A stretch of DNA of 64,000 nucleotides, taken from Cirrosporium novae-zelandiae. Taxonomy: Eukaryota. The position numbers were made by a program, and so were the translations under genes. This document shows positions 60,163 through 64,000 of this stretch, in pieces; positions within the stretch are counted from its first letter, which is position 1, and every line of letters begins with the position of its first letter. The stretch covers positions 1,054,001 to 1,118,000 of the forward strand of contig JAPETS010000003.1 in NCBI GenBank assembly GCA_026023565.1, written 5' to 3'. The notes under the pieces are model-generated. The model was given only the letters and a program-made list of their open reading frames with translations, made no database searches and was not told where the DNA came from.

Positions 60163-61197
60163 CGAAAGAAAAAAAAAGAAACGATAATGAGATGTTTGTT
60201 TGTTTGTTTTTTTAGAAAACGATAACGGGTGGATATGTGGATATGTGGATATGTGTATATGACATACAGTACATACAGCAGTGCATATATATAAAAGTTG
60301 GATGGGATTTAAATGCGATGCGGTTATATATACGTGGGATATAGAATCGAAGAAATGGGAGGGGTTTTTGTTTTTTTGTTTGATCGAGTTATCTGAAGGA
60401 AGAGGAGGAGCACAAGGGGCAGGCGTTCCAAGGTTTATAAAGAATTCCCCATCCCAGCGTTTTCGTTTCAAGTGGATATTACATATCTAGAAACTTGATA
60501 AGATAAGATATAGACCCATAATATCGGTTTGGAGGATGCACTCTGCTTTTATCTATTAACATTATATTCTATACCTTTTGAGATTTAGGTTATTTATTTA
60601 TTTATAATTACTTATTTTATTGTGTGGTTGTATGGTTATATGCTTTATAGAGATGGGTGATAGATAAAGATGATTGATGGTCTACCCTACCATATTTTGT
60701 CTAGATATACACACAAGCACACAAAGAAAAGAAACATTTAAATAAACTTGACCCCAATTTTTTTTTGGTTCATGAAAACACCCGGAGATATGGAGATAAA
60801 ACAAACTTTAAAAAAATCCTTCTCCGCTTTCTTCCTCCTGCTTAAAGCAGCTCAGTGAAACAAGCTTTATAGGATTTCGGGTGAAGTTTTGGGGAGATTT
60901 ACTGGGAGGATAGTAGTAGGTTTGAGAGGGAGAGGAGTGGAGTGTCTGTCTTGGTTGTTCATCTCGGTTCAACAACAACAACATATGAGGGCCGGTTCCA
61001 ATCTTCGTATCCAAGCCTATTTTATCCCCAGTCCAGTCCAGTCCAAGTCCAGTCCAATCCAACCTAATCCAGCCCGCAGCCGTTCCGTGTCATATGTAGC
61101 ATCAAACATGTGTGAAAAAACAGTATGAAAAGAACACAAAAGGCAGATTTTCAAATATCAATCTACATAAGTGAGAATAGTACAGGGTAATAATTGC

Positions 61198-62637
61198 CTA
61201 GGACCAAAACCATCCTTTCTTTCCCTTTGGCGTTTCTCGATCCTGGGGATCTCTCTTACCTACCGCTTGTGATGGCGTCTGCTGCTGCTGTAGCTGCTGT
61301 TGTTGCAAGGAAACCCCATCGGACGCATGCGATGTATGCACGGTCTCGGAGCTCTCTTCTCGGCCGTCCGCAAAGCGCTTTTTTAATACTATCTTTGTGT
61401 GGACAGAGCCGTCCGGCATCACGGTGCGTTCGGTGGTTGTAAGTGTGGAAATAATTGAGGGCGTTTTGGTTGGGTCGCTGGAAGGCTCAGCTGTTGGCTT
61501 TGGTGGGAGTGCAAGTTGTTGCTGTTGTTGCTGTTCCTGTTCCTGTTGTTGGTTTCCGAGCATGTGTTCATATGCGTCCAATTCGGTCTGGGGGGAAGAG
61601 TTGGCTTCATCCTCAATGCGGTCGTTCTCGGGCTGTCTGGTAGAAATGCCATCATCGTAATCATACTGTTCGTCTTCTTTCCATGGTGGTGGTAGTTGTC
61701 CTTGAGAACTGTTAGGCCGCTCTTCCTCCTTTGTCCGAGAAGAACGCTTATGGCATCCCCACTGTTTCTCCCAGTGTTTATGGCAACCCCATGGCCTATT
61801 TGAGTGCCGGGGGCGAGAATTTTCTTGCGTGGAGTCGGGTTCTACTGTTTTCCAGTTTCCAAGACTTCCACGTTCCATCATGCGCCCAATCCAGAGTGAT
61901 CCGTCCTGAAATCTGTTTAGACCTCGGGGTGTTGTTTCTTGCCTCCTTGTTTCAGGATCAACCATTCCGTTTCCTCCTTCTACGGCACCCATAAGATCCT
62001 CGAATGCGTCGCGCCATTTATAACCAAAGTCCCGGAAACCAGGTTGGCGTTCTAGGAAGAGTGGAGAGTATGGCGAGAATATGATAAAGGGGACAGTCCA
62101 GGCGGGGGAATCATTAAAGTTGCGTGAGGAATTCTGGAAGAAGCCGGAAAACCCATCTTCAAAAAACGACCGGAAATGATCATGGTGGTGGAAATGATGA
62201 TGCCCAAAAGGAAAGGGAGGGCGTTTACGTTCCTCGGGATCCCTCTCGTACCACTTTTTGACAGGTATTACAGCCTCTTGGTCTTGGTCTTGGCTTCTCT
62301 GAGCTCTTGCATGTTGTTCCGAGGAATTACCAACACTTTCAGGTGAATTATAGACATTTCCTAACTGTCGGTTGAAGTCCTCCCAAGGATCCCAATATTT
62401 ATCTTGTTCATTTTGCTGTTGATCCTTGGGTTGATCGGGCGAGCGGAGAAAGCGTGAATCGCGAGGGGGAGGAACGAGGGTAGAAGGAAGGCCGACTATA
62501 GATTGTAGGAATGAAGATATTTGTTCATCGGCATAACGTCGAAAGGCGATGAAAGGATTATTCTCGTGCTGGGTATTGTTTTGAGTATTGTTTTGAGAGT
62601 GGTCGGAGCTACGGTCGGAGCTGTCCGATGGAGCCAT
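61198..62637 (-). CDS. Hypothetical protein with conserved-looking motif blocks
   Basis: 479-aa intronless ORF. Blocks NPFIAFRRYADEQISSFLQ, SPYSPLFLE, WRDAFEDL, TELDAYE, IISTLTTTERTVMPDGSVHTKIVLKKRFADGREE and KKGWFWS are separated by disordered linkers. Confidence 0.8.
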   Translation of the reverse strand: MAPSDSSDRSSDHSQNNTQNNTQHENNPFIAFRRYADEQISSFLQSIVGLPSTLVPPPRDSRFLRSPDQPKDQQQNEQDKYWDPWEDFNRQLGNVYNSPESVGNSSEQHARAQRSQDQDQEAVIPVKKWYERDPEERKRPPFPFGHHHFHHHDHFRSFFEDGFSGFFQNSSRNFNDSPAWTVPFIIFSPYSPLFLERQPGFRDFGYKWRDAFEDLMGAVEGGNGMVDPETRRQETTPRGLNRFQDGSLWIGRMMERGSLGNWKTVEPDSTQENSRPRHSNRPWGCHKHWEKQWGCHKRSSRTKEEERPNSSQGQLPPPWKEDEQYDYDDGISTRQPENDRIEDEANSSPQTELDAYEHMLGNQQQEQEQQQQQQLALPPKPTAEPSSDPTKTPSIISTLTTTERTVMPDGSVHTKIVLKKRFADGREESSETVHTSHASDGVSLQQQQLQQQQTPSQAVGKRDPQDRETPKGKKGWFWS

Positions 62638-63053
62638 GACCTTATCAAGATGATTATAGGAGCAAGGCTTTGAGGTTGAAAATGAATTGTAGGTGGTGGT
62701 TTATTGGGTTATTGGATTATTGGAAAGAAAGAAGGAGAATATATAAAGTAGTAGATGGGATATAGAACAAAGGAGTAGAAAGTAAAGAGGTTAAGAAAGG
62801 ACAAGATGGAGCAATTAAATTGAGCTGCCTAGAAGTAGACGAGTGAGATGGGGGAACGCGGGGTGGCACGCCAATTGATTGGATGGCACGTCATACAGTT
62901 ATCCGGCCTTGATCGGCTTATCGAGCTATCACTCCATCTACATGTAATTGTATATCTAATATTCTTTCAAACCATTTCTAAATAATGCAATCCCCTGTTG
63001 GCATTGCTGTTTTATTAAAGTCATTGTTATCATCATAATAAATCCATCAAACA

Positions 63054-64000
63054 TCAATTCATCATGGCATTCCAGCTCGTCGGATATTGAACTTCTTTCA
63101 CGCTAACCTTTCCAGTTTTACTTACCGTAAGGATATGGTTTTTTGGAATCAAATCCCATTCCTCCTTTTTATAAGTGGATGGCTCACTAGCAATGATGAC
63201 ATGGTCTCCATGTTCCTCGGTCTTCTTATAAGCATCCGGATTTTCTTCTCCGTTTGGATGATCCGGATACTTGCGATTCAAGGTCACACCAGCGCTCGTA
63301 GACCAATATAGGGACGGTGGTTGCTCGATCGCATGATTCCGGAATCGAATAGCAACGACTTGGGAACCATCAGTCACAGCCACATTCAAGCTATTCGGTT
63401 CAGCCTCCTCGCCCAAGACCTTCTTTTGGATTTTGAGTACGTCAAAGATTGCGGTGCAGAGAGCATCTTCCATCTTGTTAACTGGATATTCTTTTTCCCA
63501 TGAAGTATTTCCCTTCCTATCTGTTAGATGTGATATGTACAATGCAGCAAGATGTTCTGAATCAGTTGCCCCATTGACATTGGCATAGCTGTCGTCATCC
63601 AGCAAGTGTACCATATCTCGTTTAATAGCAGTAAAATCGGAGATGACTCCATTATGCATGATAGCATGTCTCCCAAATACGAACGGATGGTTGTTAACAG
63701 ATATAGTTGCCGTTGACGATGCTGCTCGAATATGGGCAAAACATGCCTTGGTTGTGGTATTTGCACAAATACTTTGGAAATTAGTATCATGCGTTGGAGG
63801 TTGGCTAGTCTTGTAAAGTGCAGGCCTTATGCCATTGCTTTGATTGAACTCGTTTCTAGCCATTGTATACCAGGCGACGCCGAAACCATCGACGTTGAAG
63901 AGACGATTTCGGGCAGAAACCTCGTGTGCTGAGGTTATGTTGCTAGGATCATGGGAGAAGAGTTTAGGAAGGTAGTGGTCATGGACTTGTTTTGTCAGAG
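63054..64000 (-). CDS. DUG3: Class II glutamine amidotransferase, Dug3-like (5' end lies beyond the window)
   Basis: Upstream of the ORF-track start the frame reads LTKQVHDHYLPKL...NVDGFGVAWYT. It continues CFAHIRAAS, NNHPFVFGRH..MHNG, GATDSEH, NSLNVAVTDG, PPSLYWS and VIIASEP. Confidence 0.85.
   Translation of the reverse strand, partial: LTKQVHDHYLPKLFSHDPSNITSAHEVSARNRLFNVDGFGVAWYTMARNEFNQSNGIRPALYKTSQPPTHDTNFQSICANTTTKACFAHIRAASSTATISVNNHPFVFGRHAIMHNGVISDFTAIKRDMVHLLDDDSYANVNGATDSEHLAALYISHLTDRKGNTSWEKEYPVNKMEDALCTAIFDVLKIQKKVLGEEAEPNSLNVAVTDGSQVVAIRFRNHAIEQPPSLYWSTSAGVTLNRKYPDHPNGEENPDAYKKTEEHGDHVIIASEPSTYKKEEWDLIPKNHILTVSKTGKVSVKEVQYPTSWNAMMN

Overview
Eukaryotic DNA from a filamentous ascomycete (Pezizomycotina-like). 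Genes carry short GT-AG introns with CTAAC/CTGAC branch sites, so many ORF-track entries are exon pieces or antisense shadows. About 20 intact genes are supported: a POT1/CDC13-type OB-fold protein, a flavin monooxygenase, a Zn2Cys6 transcription factor, MCM5, a DUF2196/YwbE protein, an SDR, a chimeric transcription factor, a squalene-hopene cyclase, a small secreted protein, a degenerate abhydrolase, cipC, SYG1, a Nudix-IF2B fusion, a PQ-loop protein, an MFS transporter with a divergent amidase, CYK3, three hypothetical proteins and a partial DUG3. There are also decayed genes (CMGC kinase, DHA1 MFS, helical-domain/ankyrin) and a TA-flanked MITE. The most interesting locus is 18.7-25.2 kb. 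There, a gene fuses a Mutator (MuDR/MULE) transposase-type DNA-binding module, with no catalytic core, to a fungal transcription-factor regulatory domain. It shares a bidirectional promoter containing a 20-bp inverted repeat with an SDR and lies directly upstream of an intronless squalene-hopene cyclase. This is a candidate hopanoid cluster regulated by a domesticated transposase domain. All family calls come from motif recognition by eye; no database search was run.
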